From Ignisphaera aggregans DSM 17230 (lineage in GTDB: Archaea; Thermoproteota; Thermoprotei_A; Sulfolobales; Ignisphaeraceae), in contig CP002098.1 in the NCBI GenBank assembly GCA_000145985.1, forward strand, positions 904,182 to 936,181: DNA of 32,000 nt, read 5' to 3'. The stretch's first letter is position 1; each line of letters opens with the position of its first letter. Shown here piece after piece: positions 15,942-24,484 of this stretch. The position numbers were made by a program, and so were the translations under genes. A model generated the notes under the pieces. That model was not told the DNA's origin. It searched no databases and worked only from the letters and a program-made list of their open reading frames with translations.

Positions 15942-16835
15942 TCAATAGATGTTCTTTCTACGTGTTCTCAATGCTATATAGAGATATAATACCTTAACCT
16001 TTTTGTCTATAGCATCTCTAAGGCTTTGTATCTCTATGTATGGTATTGCTGATGCTTCTATATAGCTTTTAACTCTATTGATATGATTCCTTATATCTCT
16101 ATAAACATTATCTATATCTACATATATCTCTTCACCTGTTTCAATATCGAAGAACACAATCGATCCTCTATCCAATGGTTTCTCCACCTCCCATCTATAT
16201 ATTGTAAATATTGTTGCTAGAGGTGTCTCCAGGGTTCTAGCTGTATTGATAAGCTGTATGAAGCTCTCTATACTATGTCCATAGTCTATAAATAGTATTA
16301 TAGAATCTATCCTCATTCTCCCCCTTCTTAATAGCTTTACAACTTCATCTAACCTACTTGTCTCTGTCAATGCTCCTCTACATATCGTGTTGACTATAAG
16401 TTCTAGTGCCTCCCTCCCCCTCAACCCATGATATATACTAGCCTTGGCACCCAGAAGCATAAGTGTTATACTGTCTTCCAATCTATGTGCAGTCTCTAGA
16501 ACTAGAGATGCTGTATATATCATAGAACTAATCTTTTCCCCTATAGCCATAGACCTCGATATATCTAGAGCTATAAGCACCTTTGACTTGTGTTCAACTG
16601 TGAAGAGCTTTGTGTATAGCTTTATATCATTTGTATATGGATCTATAGATCTTAGCGATATATTCCAATCTATATATCTATAGTCATCCTCTGGCTGATA
16701 CTCCCTAAAATCTCTATACTCAATCCCTGGACCAAGAAAACGTGTTTTATTTGTTCCTAGCTCTAGTGAAGTTGCATGTATTGTTCCAAGTCTGGAATAA
16801 GCTCTTGCTAATCTACATATATCGCTATTCTGCAA
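15942..16835 (-). CDS. DUF58 family protein (vWA-like, MoxR partner)
   Basis: GPGIEYRDFREYQPEDDYRYIDWNISLRS matches the DUF58 signature (G-x-G-x-E-F...R-x-Y-x-x-G-D-D-x-R-x-I-D-W). It is followed by a vWA-like beta-strand with DxSxS (LIALDISRSM). The TTG start overlaps the upstream gene's stop by 11 nt. Confidence 0.8.
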   Translation of the reverse strand: MQNSDICRLARAYSRLGTIHATSLELGTNKTRFLGPGIEYRDFREYQPEDDYRYIDWNISLRSIDPYTNDIKLYTKLFTVEHKSKVLIALDISRSMAIGEKISSMIYTASLVLETAHRLEDSITLMLLGAKASIYHGLRGREALELIVNTICRGALTETSRLDEVVKLLRRGRMRIDSIILFIDYGHSIESFIQLINTARTLETPLATIFTIYRWEVEKPLDRGSIVFFDIETGEEIYVDIDNVYRDIRNHINRVKSYIEASAIPYIEIQSLRDAIDKKVKVLYLYIALRTRRKNIY

Positions 16836-17676
16836 TAACTATATCACCAACCTTCAATATACTCTTAATCGAGATATCTATATATTCACCTGGAAGCTCC
16901 TCAAAAACCATACTACTCTTTAGAAGATCATAGACATCCTTAGAAGCACCTAACTCTTTTAACATATCCTCAATAGTTTTAGCATAAGATATATCAAGTC
17001 TATTGAATCTATATGGATCTCTAAACTCATATAGCTTCTCATAGATCTTAGAAAAACCTAGCTTCTTCAATGCTGATAGAAATGATATCCAGTTTATATA
17101 TCCCTTCGAACCCCTTACCCTATAGATTCTCACCCCAAAGTCTCTACTCGATACAACTATATCTTCAGCATATCCCAGCACTCCCCTAGATCTACTAACA
17201 ACAAGTTTTCCAATAATATCACTAATCCTATACTGAGGCCTATCACCAGTTGGCAGACCCCTAAAATTTGCTTCTCTAGGTGTCGATAAAAGAACTATTT
17301 TAATCAGCTCCTCTCTATCACCTCTAACAATCTTTGAAATATCTATAAGATCTATCTCATCTACCTCTATAAACCCCTTCACAACCTCTGCCTCTCTATC
17401 AATAGACTTCATAGGTATATCGATCCCCTCCCTCCTAGCAATAGAAATTAATACCTCTAGAGGCTCAGAACCCCTAGCGACACCTCTAGACATTAGAATA
17501 TCTATAAGCTTCTCCACATCCACCCCAATATCATTTATCTTCAACCTATATACAGCTATAATCCTGGGAACACCCAACGAAATATCAAGATCCTTTACAT
17601 ATCCATAGAAAAGCCCTTCACTATCATATATAGCAGCATCTCTTATCTCATCCAAACTATACATCTTTCTAGACAT
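16825..17676 (-). CDS. hypothetical protein with two PRC-barrel-like repeats
   Basis: IRDAAIYDSEGLFYGYVKDLDISLGVPRIIAV and IIGKLVVSRSRGVLGYAEDIVVSSRDFGVRIYRV both fit the PRC-barrel pattern (G-x-x-V-x-x-x-x-G-x-x-x-G-x-V-x-D-[ILV]...). The C-terminal third is helical. I prefer ATG 17676 (MSRKMYSL); the ORF track extends to a TTG at 17697. Confidence 0.45.
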   Translation of the reverse strand: MSRKMYSLDEIRDAAIYDSEGLFYGYVKDLDISLGVPRIIAVYRLKINDIGVDVEKLIDILMSRGVARGSEPLEVLISIARREGIDIPMKSIDREAEVVKGFIEVDEIDLIDISKIVRGDREELIKIVLLSTPREANFRGLPTGDRPQYRISDIIGKLVVSRSRGVLGYAEDIVVSSRDFGVRIYRVRGSKGYINWISFLSALKKLGFSKIYEKLYEFRDPYRFNRLDISYAKTIEDMLKELGASKDVYDLLKSSMVFEELPGEYIDISIKSILKVGDIVIAE

Positions 17677-17728
17677 TGCCAATAGCCCTCTCCACAATAC
17701 TACTTTGAGATATTAAATACTATTGAGC

Positions 17729-17744
17729 AAAACTTATATATTTC
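17729..17744. promoter_or_regulatory. shared TATA-like element between the divergent PRC/DUF58 and MoxR operons
   Basis: AAACTTATATATTTC is centred at ~17738. This is about 27 nt upstream of ~17765 (the MoxR ATG candidates are 17768 and 17780) and, read on the minus strand, about 27 nt upstream of ~17711 (leader to ATG 17676). Confidence 0.35.
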
Positions 17745-17779
17745 TTTCTATAACTATTACAAGGACTATGTGTATTGCC

Positions 17780-18841
17780 ATGGCTATGAAAATAGATATT
17801 GATGATATAAGGAGAAGTATTGAGGAGATATATAGACAGCTGAACAAAGCTGTTATTGGGTATGAAGAGGAGAAGAGGATTATTATAGCATCTCTTCTTG
17901 CTAATGGCCATGTACTTCTAGAGGGTGTTCCAGGTATAGCTAAGACAACTCTTGCAAAAGCCCTAGCTAGATGTCTTGGTTTATCTGAATCTACAGCCCA
18001 TGTATATAACGATATTATCTACAAAGGTTTTTCAAGAATACAATTTACTCCAGATCTCATGCCCGCGGATATAATTGGTACAATGGTTTTTAATCCATCT
18101 ACAAAGAGTTTTGATATTCGTTTAGGACCTGTGTTTACATATATACTTCTTGCAGATGAGATAAACAGGGCTATACCAAGGACACAGTCAGCTCTTCTCC
18201 AAGCTATGCAGGAGAGAGAGGTTACTATAGGTGGAAAAACATATCCCCTAGAGATTAGATCTCAGGGCAAGTTCTTCTTTGTTATAGCTACTCAGAATCC
18301 TATTGAGCAGGAGGGTACCTATCCCCTACCAGAGGCACAGATAGATAGATTTATGGTTAGAGTTATAATGGGCTATCCTAAGACTCTAGAGGATGAGAGA
18401 AAGATTCTTGAGCTCCATATGAAGAGAGTTTCAGAACCTGTAGAAGATGTTGAGAAGATTCTAGATCCTATCTGGATTGTAATGGCACAGGAGTTTATAG
18501 CTAAAAATATTGAGATTGATAGTATAGCTATGAACTATATTGTTAAGATTGTTAGAGCTACAAGACCAGAGATAAATGAGGGGATATCTAAATACTTTGA
18601 ACTTGGTGTAAGTCCTAGAGCAGCTATAGCGCTTATGAGAATGGCAAAGGTTTTTGCAGTTATGAGAGGATCCCAGAGGGTGACAATTGATGATATTGAT
18701 CACGTTCTTTTCTATGTATTTAACCACAGGGTTATACCGAATATGGAGACTGTTATTGATAGGGGAGGAGGTTTTAAGGCTAGAATAGATGTAGTTAGAG
18801 AGGGTCTTGAAATAGCTAAAAAGTTTGCAAGGGGTGGCTAG
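17780..18841 (+). CDS. MoxR-family AAA+ ATPase
   Basis: Walker [13 protein letters not shown], Walker [10 protein letters not shown], and the MoxR signature [22 protein letters not shown]. The C-terminal lid contains [10 protein letters not shown] prefer ATG 17780 (MAMKIDIDD); the first 19 codons of the track ORF lie in the promoter region. Confidence 0.9.
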   Translation: MAMKIDIDDIRRSIEEIYRQLNKAVIGYEEEKRIIIASLLANGHVLLEGVPGIAKTTLAKALARCLGLSESTAHVYNDIIYKGFSRIQFTPDLMPADIIGTMVFNPSTKSFDIRLGPVFTYILLADEINRAIPRTQSALLQAMQEREVTIGGKTYPLEIRSQGKFFFVIATQNPIEQEGTYPLPEAQIDRFMVRVIMGYPKTLEDERKILELHMKRVSEPVEDVEKILDPIWIVMAQEFIAKNIEIDSIAMNYIVKIVRATRPEINEGISKYFELGVSPRAAIALMRMAKVFAVMRGSQRVTIDDIDHVLFYVFNHRVIPNMETVIDRGGGFKARIDVVREGLEIAKKFARGG

Positions 18842-19753
18842 ATGCTAGAGTTTATAGAGGTTTATAAGAGGTATGGAAAGATAGAGGCTCTTAAGGGGGT
18901 AAGCTTTAGAGTTAATGGAAAATTTGTAGCAGCTCTACTAGGTCCTAATGGAGCTGGAAAGACAACTATTATGAAGATAGCTATGGGGTTTGTAAAACCT
19001 GATAGGGGTAGTGTTAGAGTATTGTCTATGGATCCATTTGTAGAGGAGGATAGGGTTAGAAGTCTTATTGGATATCTACCTGAAAAACCTATCTATCCAC
19101 TAAAGATAAGGGTGAAGGATCTTCTAAACTATTTAGCTAGAATTAGAGGTGTTGGTGAAAACGATGTTAATAGGGTTCTAAAGCTTGTAGGACTTGAAGA
19201 CTATTCTGATAGGGAGATAAAATCACTTTCAAGAGGATATCTACAGAGACTTGGACTTGCACAAGCACTTCTCGGAGATCCCCAACTCTTATTGCTGGAC
19301 GAACCTACAGCAAATCTCGATCCTATGGCTAGGCAAGAAATACTAAGACTCCTCAACATTCTTCACAGAGATCTAGATGTATCTATGGTAATTTCATCCC
19401 ATATAATACCAGAGCTACAAGAGATTGCAAACTATGCTATATTTATAGATAGAGGTGTAATTCTTGACCATGGATCTCTTGAGGATCTTGCAAAGAGATA
19501 TAATGTAAAGTCGATTATGTTTATAGAGACAACAAATACTAGAAAACTTATATCAGAATTATCATCTATTGAGTTTGTAGAGGGTATAAATATTGTTGAT
19601 AATGGAATAGAGATTAAGATTGATAGCAGAAATATTAAAGCTGTTGAGAGATATCTTGATGAACTTATTAAAGAGGGGATTATTAGGAGCTATAGATATA
19701 AAACAGCTCAGCTAAGTGATATATATGAAAAACTTGCTTCAGGTAAACATTAA
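18842..19753 (+). CDS. ABC-2 type exporter ATP-binding protein (second copy)
   Basis: Walker A GPNGAGKTT, signature LSRGYLQR, Walker B LLLDEPTANLD, H-loop SSH, plus a C-terminal accessory domain. The ATG directly abuts the MoxR stop (TAG-ATG). Confidence 0.9.
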   Translation: MLEFIEVYKRYGKIEALKGVSFRVNGKFVAALLGPNGAGKTTIMKIAMGFVKPDRGSVRVLSMDPFVEEDRVRSLIGYLPEKPIYPLKIRVKDLLNYLARIRGVGENDVNRVLKLVGLEDYSDREIKSLSRGYLQRLGLAQALLGDPQLLLLDEPTANLDPMARQEILRLLNILHRDLDVSMVISSHIIPELQEIANYAIFIDRGVILDHGSLEDLAKRYNVKSIMFIETTNTRKLISELSSIEFVEGINIVDNGIEIKIDSRNIKAVERYLDELIKEGIIRSYRYKTAQLSDIYEKLASGKH

Positions 19754-20522
19754 GAGGGTCTACATATACCTAGTTTATATTACAAATAAAACACTTCGAT
19801 GGCTAATAGCTCTAATAATCGCCATCACATTTATGTACAGTCTAATGATTTTAAGCGCAATACCATCTATAGCCGTAGGCCCTACTACACCTTCCTATGA
19901 CATATATCCAGGTACAATCATACTTCTAATGGTTATAGAGATGGTCATAGCTTTCATACCATCAACAGTTATAGATGAGATAGAGAGAGGTGAAACAACA
20001 CTCTTTCTTGCACATTCATTGAAAAGAAATGAATATCTATTTGCATGGATATTAGCACTACTTCTATTCCCATTAGCACTCATATTATCACACATTCTAA
20101 CTCTAGTCATCATCTATCCCCCACAAAATATTGCATTAAAGCTCATAGAGAATATGTTATATATGTCTATACAGATAGTAGAACTCATAGTTCTACTATT
20201 CAGTATATCAATTATAACTAGGAGGAAGAATCTATCAGTAGTAATAGGCATTATTATTGCAGTACCACTTCTATTCCTATTACCATTTGCTGGAAGCATG
20301 CTTCAATCTACAAATGATCCAATCTGGTACACTCTACTTGTCCCCATAGCCATATTAAAGCCCTATACATATCATATCTTTACAATTACATCTACATCCT
20401 ATCCATATCCATATAGATCTATCCAGCTTCCAAGTACTACAACAATATATGTAATTGCTATAGTGCTAACCATAGCCATAGCTATAGCTACTTTTATAAG
20501 GTTTATGAAGATAGATCTATAG
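19725..20522 (+). CDS. ABC-2 family permease (second copy)
   Basis: Six hydrophobic helices. The loop VIDEIERGETTLFLAHSLKRNEYLFAWI fits the E-x-E-x-G-T...S-[RK] motif of ABC2_membrane permeases. It overlaps the ATPase 3' end; the alternative GTG start is at 19716. Confidence 0.7.
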   Translation: MKNLLQVNIKRVYIYLVYITNKTLRWLIALIIAITFMYSLMILSAIPSIAVGPTTPSYDIYPGTIILLMVIEMVIAFIPSTVIDEIERGETTLFLAHSLKRNEYLFAWILALLLFPLALILSHILTLVIIYPPQNIALKLIENMLYMSIQIVELIVLLFSISIITRRKNLSVVIGIIIAVPLLFLLPFAGSMLQSTNDPIWYTLLVPIAILKPYTYHIFTITSTSYPYPYRSIQLPSTTTIYVIAIVLTIAIAIATFIRFMKIDL

Positions 20523-21419
20523 GTGATAGACATGCTTAGACCTCTACTAATTATATCAATAGCAACAGTAATAACGATACTAATAGTATTTGCTATAACA
20601 ATAAAATTCTCTCCCGCAGTATACCAAGCATATACAGCAATATCAATGTCGAAGATTCTCGCTATATACCCTAACAACAATAGTATATGTATGCTTTTCT
20701 CAATACAGCTTAGATCTACACAAAGTAGTATTAATCAATTAGATGGCTATAGAGCTATGTATTCATTAAAAATATATCCAATTAATGATCCAACAGGAAC
20801 TGTTTTAAATGGGGTTAGAAGCATAGATATCTATGGATTAACACAACAGACAGCACTATACATAGAATCCTCAATAAAACTTACTTCACCAATTTCATTA
20901 GTTATAGACAGAGAAACCTATACAAAGGTTCTCGCCTTGTTGAAGAGGTTTAGCTTGCTACATACAACTGTACAACATGTTAATCGTAGTGGAAATATGA
21001 TTGCAGTAGAATACAATTTTATTCCACCTATAGAGGTAGTCGTAGCGAATATATGTATGGATAGAAATACGGATCTATCAAATCATCAAATCTATCAACA
21101 TACAACTTGGATTCTATCTATTCATTACAATATAACTGTTACCAATAACACATTGGGAGCACTTATAGAGCTTCTAAATAGTGCAGATACGTCTATAGTA
21201 AATATGGTTCAAGCTGTAATACAAAATCTTTTCTATTTAGATAACACTCTAGTTGTATATCTCAGTCCATCTAAAATGCAGATAGGGAGAGCTATAGCAC
21301 TACTCATAATATTTATCTCTGGTATTGCTATACACAGAATGTATGAACCTCACGAATATAGATCTATTGATTCGTTGATTAGAAGGATAAAGAGGTTTTT
21401 CTATAGGTTAAAAACCTAA
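20523..21419 (+). CDS. hypothetical membrane protein (N- and C-terminal TM helices flanking a ~230-aa extracytoplasmic domain)
   Basis: It starts (GTG 20523 or ATG 20532) immediately after the permease stop. TM helices lie at about res 6-28 and 262-283, followed by a basic tail (RRIKRFFYRLKT). I recognise no family motif. Confidence 0.55.
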   Translation: MIDMLRPLLIISIATVITILIVFAITIKFSPAVYQAYTAISMSKILAIYPNNNSICMLFSIQLRSTQSSINQLDGYRAMYSLKIYPINDPTGTVLNGVRSIDIYGLTQQTALYIESSIKLTSPISLVIDRETYTKVLALLKRFSLLHTTVQHVNRSGNMIAVEYNFIPPIEVVVANICMDRNTDLSNHQIYQHTTWILSIHYNITVTNNTLGALIELLNSADTSIVNMVQAVIQNLFYLDNTLVVYLSPSKMQIGRAIALLIIFISGIAIHRMYEPHEYRSIDSLIRRIKRFFYRLKT

Positions 21420-22350
21420 GGATTGTATATAGGACTCCAGCTATAGCCAGTATATATGGTGTTAATGGTTTTGACATCTCTATCTCTTTATACATAGATA
21501 TCTCCACATTTATATTTGCTATAATTGTATTTATCTTAGATGCTATCGTATTTAAAGTATCTGAAAGCCTGTCAATACTCTCAACGGTAAATTGTTCTCC
21601 ACCTGTCTTACTAGCTATAAGCTTTGTCTCATCTATACCCCTTGGATCCTCACCTATAAAGACTGTGTATATTGGTATTCCAAGTTTGTTATACTCATCT
21701 AGAAGTGGTCTATAGTCCTGAGGATCCCCGGGTAGTCCATCAGTTATAAATACAGTGAATGCAGATACATTTAGTTCTCTATATGGTCTAAGCCATGAAA
21801 GTGCTGTTGAGAGTGCAAAACTATACATAGTTCCTCCACCAGCCTCCATACGATCTATAACCATATCGATATAAGATCTATTGGGTGTTGGTGGTATAGC
21901 ACTTTTTATACTATGACTAAATTCTACTAATCCTATATCAATAGTATTATTGAATAGTGATACCATTGTCCTAAGAGCATATTTAACGCTATCCATGTTA
22001 TCCGCCATACTACCCGATGTATCAACTATTATTACTACAGGTGTCCTAGCATTGAATGATAGTGATGATATTGATGATGACTCTATAGGGATTCTAACAT
22101 ATTCAACAATGCTTATACCTGCTAATGCTACTGCTAATAGAGATGCTATAGCAATCTTTATAAATAGTGTAGAGAGTCTAGAGCTTCTCCTCTGTCTCTC
22201 TCCTCTATAGAAGGATAGATATGTATGGCCCACTCTATACAGCTTTCTATATATAGGCCTTGGGAAAGCTCTATGTGTATAGAATACTATGGCTATCAAT
22301 ATAAGCCCTATCACTATTCCCATCAGCGGATTTTGGATTGTTATCCTCAT
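21379..22350 (-). CDS. vWA domain membrane protein (BatA-like)
   Basis: Two N-terminal TM helices, then a vWA fold with MIDAS residues VVIIVDTSGSMADN (DxSxS), GGGTMY and FITDG, and a C-terminal TM. ATG 22350 is preceded by GGGGGTG and lies 1 nt after the upstream stop. Confidence 0.8.
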   Translation of the reverse strand: MRITIQNPLMGIVIGLILIAIVFYTHRAFPRPIYRKLYRVGHTYLSFYRGERQRRSSRLSTLFIKIAIASLLAVALAGISIVEYVRIPIESSSISSLSFNARTPVVIIVDTSGSMADNMDSVKYALRTMVSLFNNTIDIGLVEFSHSIKSAIPPTPNRSYIDMVIDRMEAGGGTMYSFALSTALSWLRPYRELNVSAFTVFITDGLPGDPQDYRPLLDEYNKLGIPIYTVFIGEDPRGIDETKLIASKTGGEQFTVESIDRLSDTLNTIASKINTIIANINVEISMYKEIEMSKPLTPYILAIAGVLYTILRFLTYRKTSLSF

Positions 22351-22351
22351 G

Positions 22352-23284
22352 CTACACCCCCTCAATTATCGATGCTATAAATAGCACTATAGAGATTATT
22401 ATAGCTATATATGTAGGTGTAAAGTCGTTTCTATAGATATACACCTCTGTTCTACCAAATGCTTTTAGCGATGATACTATGGATTCTCTATAGATATGCT
22501 CTGATACATCTATAGCAACATCTTCTCCAGCTCTATAGCTAGGAACATCTATTAGTGGTATAGAGAATATATTTGCTACATCCCTCAATCTCTGAGCCCT
22601 AGAGTCATCGCCTATGAGGACTATTACCAAGGCAATATCTCTAGATTTAACAAACTCGATAGCATTCTCTATAGGAGTTCCATAGTTTTGTGCACCATCT
22701 GTTATAACTATAATTGCTGTTGGTAGACCTAGAGATGCATAGTTAGCTCCATATATAATTGCATCACCTATAGCTGTATACTTCTCAAATTCAATACTAT
22801 TTAGCATAGATAGACAATCTTCAACAGATATATTCATACCCACTCCTCTACACAGCATCCTAGGTGTAGAGCTGAATACAGCTATAGAAACAATATCCCC
22901 TCTCCTCTGGGCAATCTCAAGAATATTTCTAGTAACATCTAATGCTATACTATACCTCGATCCATATCCATATTGCATACCCATGCTCTTAGATATGTCG
23001 AGCAATATCAAGATATTTGTAACATTTAGATATGTCTCAAGAGCATTGCTATACTCTATTGGTATAACAGTAATAGTCTCGATATATGGCTGAGACATCG
23101 CTATTACTATTGCTATTAACGCGAATATCTTTATTATTGAGAGAAGGTGTATAGCTCTCAAATCCATATCTAGGATAAGCCTCCTAGCTACAGTCTCTCT
23201 ATTCTTCCTAGTTTTCATATATATAGCTAATAGAGATGCTGTTAATGGTATACCTATAGCTATTGCATATGGATTAGAAAACAT
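22352..23284 (-). CDS. vWA domain membrane protein (BatA-like, paralog)
   Basis: The BatA-type N-terminus is MFSNPYAIAIGIPLTASLLAIY. The vWA fold has ILILLDISKSMGMQ (DxSxS), YTAIGDAI and VITDGAQNYG, followed by a C-terminal TM. The start is ambiguous (ATG at 23284, 23296 or 23314; TTG at 23332). Confidence 0.8.
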   Translation of the reverse strand: MFSNPYAIAIGIPLTASLLAIYMKTRKNRETVARRLILDMDLRAIHLLSIIKIFALIAIVIAMSQPYIETITVIPIEYSNALETYLNVTNILILLDISKSMGMQYGYGSRYSIALDVTRNILEIAQRRGDIVSIAVFSSTPRMLCRGVGMNISVEDCLSMLNSIEFEKYTAIGDAIIYGANYASLGLPTAIIVITDGAQNYGTPIENAIEFVKSRDIALVIVLIGDDSRAQRLRDVANIFSIPLIDVPSYRAGEDVAIDVSEHIYRESIVSSLKAFGRTEVYIYRNDFTPTYIAIIISIVLFIASIIEGV

Positions 23285-23288
23285 GATT

Positions 23289-24236
23289 CTAGTCATCTGA
23301 TTCTGGAGGAACATATCCAGCACCACCACCAATACCAGATGGTCCTGACCCTTGCTGTTGGTTTTGAGAATATCTCTTTAGGAGTTCTTCAATGAAATTT
23401 CTAGTTTGTGCTATATCTCTAGAGAGCACACCTTTCGCCTCAATACTATTTATAGAAGCTCTACATTCATTAATAGAACTCTGTATATCTGGTCTATTCA
23501 ACAACGTGTTAATAGTCTCTATATCTATAGAGCTATTCTTTCTAATAGAACATAGAGTATTTAGAAGATCTCTATATGTTGCAACTAATCTCATTATCTT
23601 CTCAAAATTGTTATATGAATCTAGTACAGATCTAACTATATTCCTTGAATTTTCAACAATAATACTGTGGTTCTTTGATAGAAGCTTCTCCCTATCAACG
23701 TTAGAGAGATATAAATATGATTCTGAAAGCCTATATATAACACCTATAACAGTTCTATTAATTTGAAAATACTTTGATAGTGCCTCATCAATATTACAGC
23801 TACGTACATCTACAAGAATTTCTCTCATAATAGGAATAGTGGTGTCTATATCACTAAGAGAGTCTACTATATCTATAGAAGCATTTGATATATATAGATA
23901 GGTCTCTGCAGATCTAGCCAACAACTCTCCTAGCGATCCTGGGGGAAGGTATAGACCTATGGAATACTGCTGAAGATTTTCAACGATAGATACTATCTCA
24001 TCTCTAGATGGAGCTATATAGTCCATACCCCTAGAAACATTTTTAAGTGCATAGGAACTACGGTTTAGATATGCAATAGCATAGACATACTCCTTTAGAA
24101 TATCCCTAATACTACTACTAGAAATAGTCATAGGTGTGTTTCTGACAAAGGTAAACCATATGAATATCACCGATATTGCTATAGCTATACAGAGTATAAT
24201 TAAAGAAATATTCCTCTTATCCAAACGGATAAACAC
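23289..24236 (-). CDS. hypothetical N-terminally anchored helical protein with Gly-rich acidic tail
   Basis: GTG start. One TM (ISLIILCIAIAISVIFIWFTFV), then ~260 aa of predicted helical sequence rich in I/L/S/N/R, ending QQQGSGPSGIGGGAGYVPPESDD. It is the first gene of the vWA operon and has no recognisable family. Confidence 0.55.
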   Translation of the reverse strand: MFIRLDKRNISLIILCIAIAISVIFIWFTFVRNTPMTISSSSIRDILKEYVYAIAYLNRSSYALKNVSRGMDYIAPSRDEIVSIVENLQQYSIGLYLPPGSLGELLARSAETYLYISNASIDIVDSLSDIDTTIPIMREILVDVRSCNIDEALSKYFQINRTVIGVIYRLSESYLYLSNVDREKLLSKNHSIIVENSRNIVRSVLDSYNNFEKIMRLVATYRDLLNTLCSIRKNSSIDIETINTLLNRPDIQSSINECRASINSIEAKGVLSRDIAQTRNFIEELLKRYSQNQQQGSGPSGIGGGAGYVPPESDD

Positions 24237-24484
24237 CTTATTATCACCACAAAATACTATTCATATAGATTAAAGCTATGCTAAGCTTATAATCTTAACC
24301 CCACCATGACTTATATAGGTAATGGTTGATATTCTAACTATATATAGAATAGACCTAGGGTATCTCTATAGACAGTATCTTAATGATTATTGCCATAAGG
24401 TATTTATATTCTTATGATCTAGAACCAAGTTCTATAAAGATTTATATATCTAAGAGAGTCGGTGTAGAGAGGTGGGTGAAGTAC

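Noticed and set aside
17723-17779. 19-codon N-terminal extension of MoxR in the ORF track
   Set aside because: The extension overlaps the TATA-like promoter element (17729-17744) and encodes a hydrophobic peptide not expected on a MoxR ATPase. ATG 17780 gives a standard N-terminus.
24383-24484. 34-codon N-terminal extension of the ECF S component
   Set aside because: A GAGGTG Shine-Dalgarno sits 10 nt upstream of ATG 24485, and TATA-like boxes lie inside the extension. The extension is not hydrophobic or S-component-like.
24237-24484. Possible riboswitch or sRNA in the long spacer upstream of the ECF S component
   Set aside because: I could identify no conserved riboswitch core (FMN, TPP, cobalamin or preQ1-type motifs), no C/D boxes and no extended pairing. 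The region is better explained as two divergent promoters.
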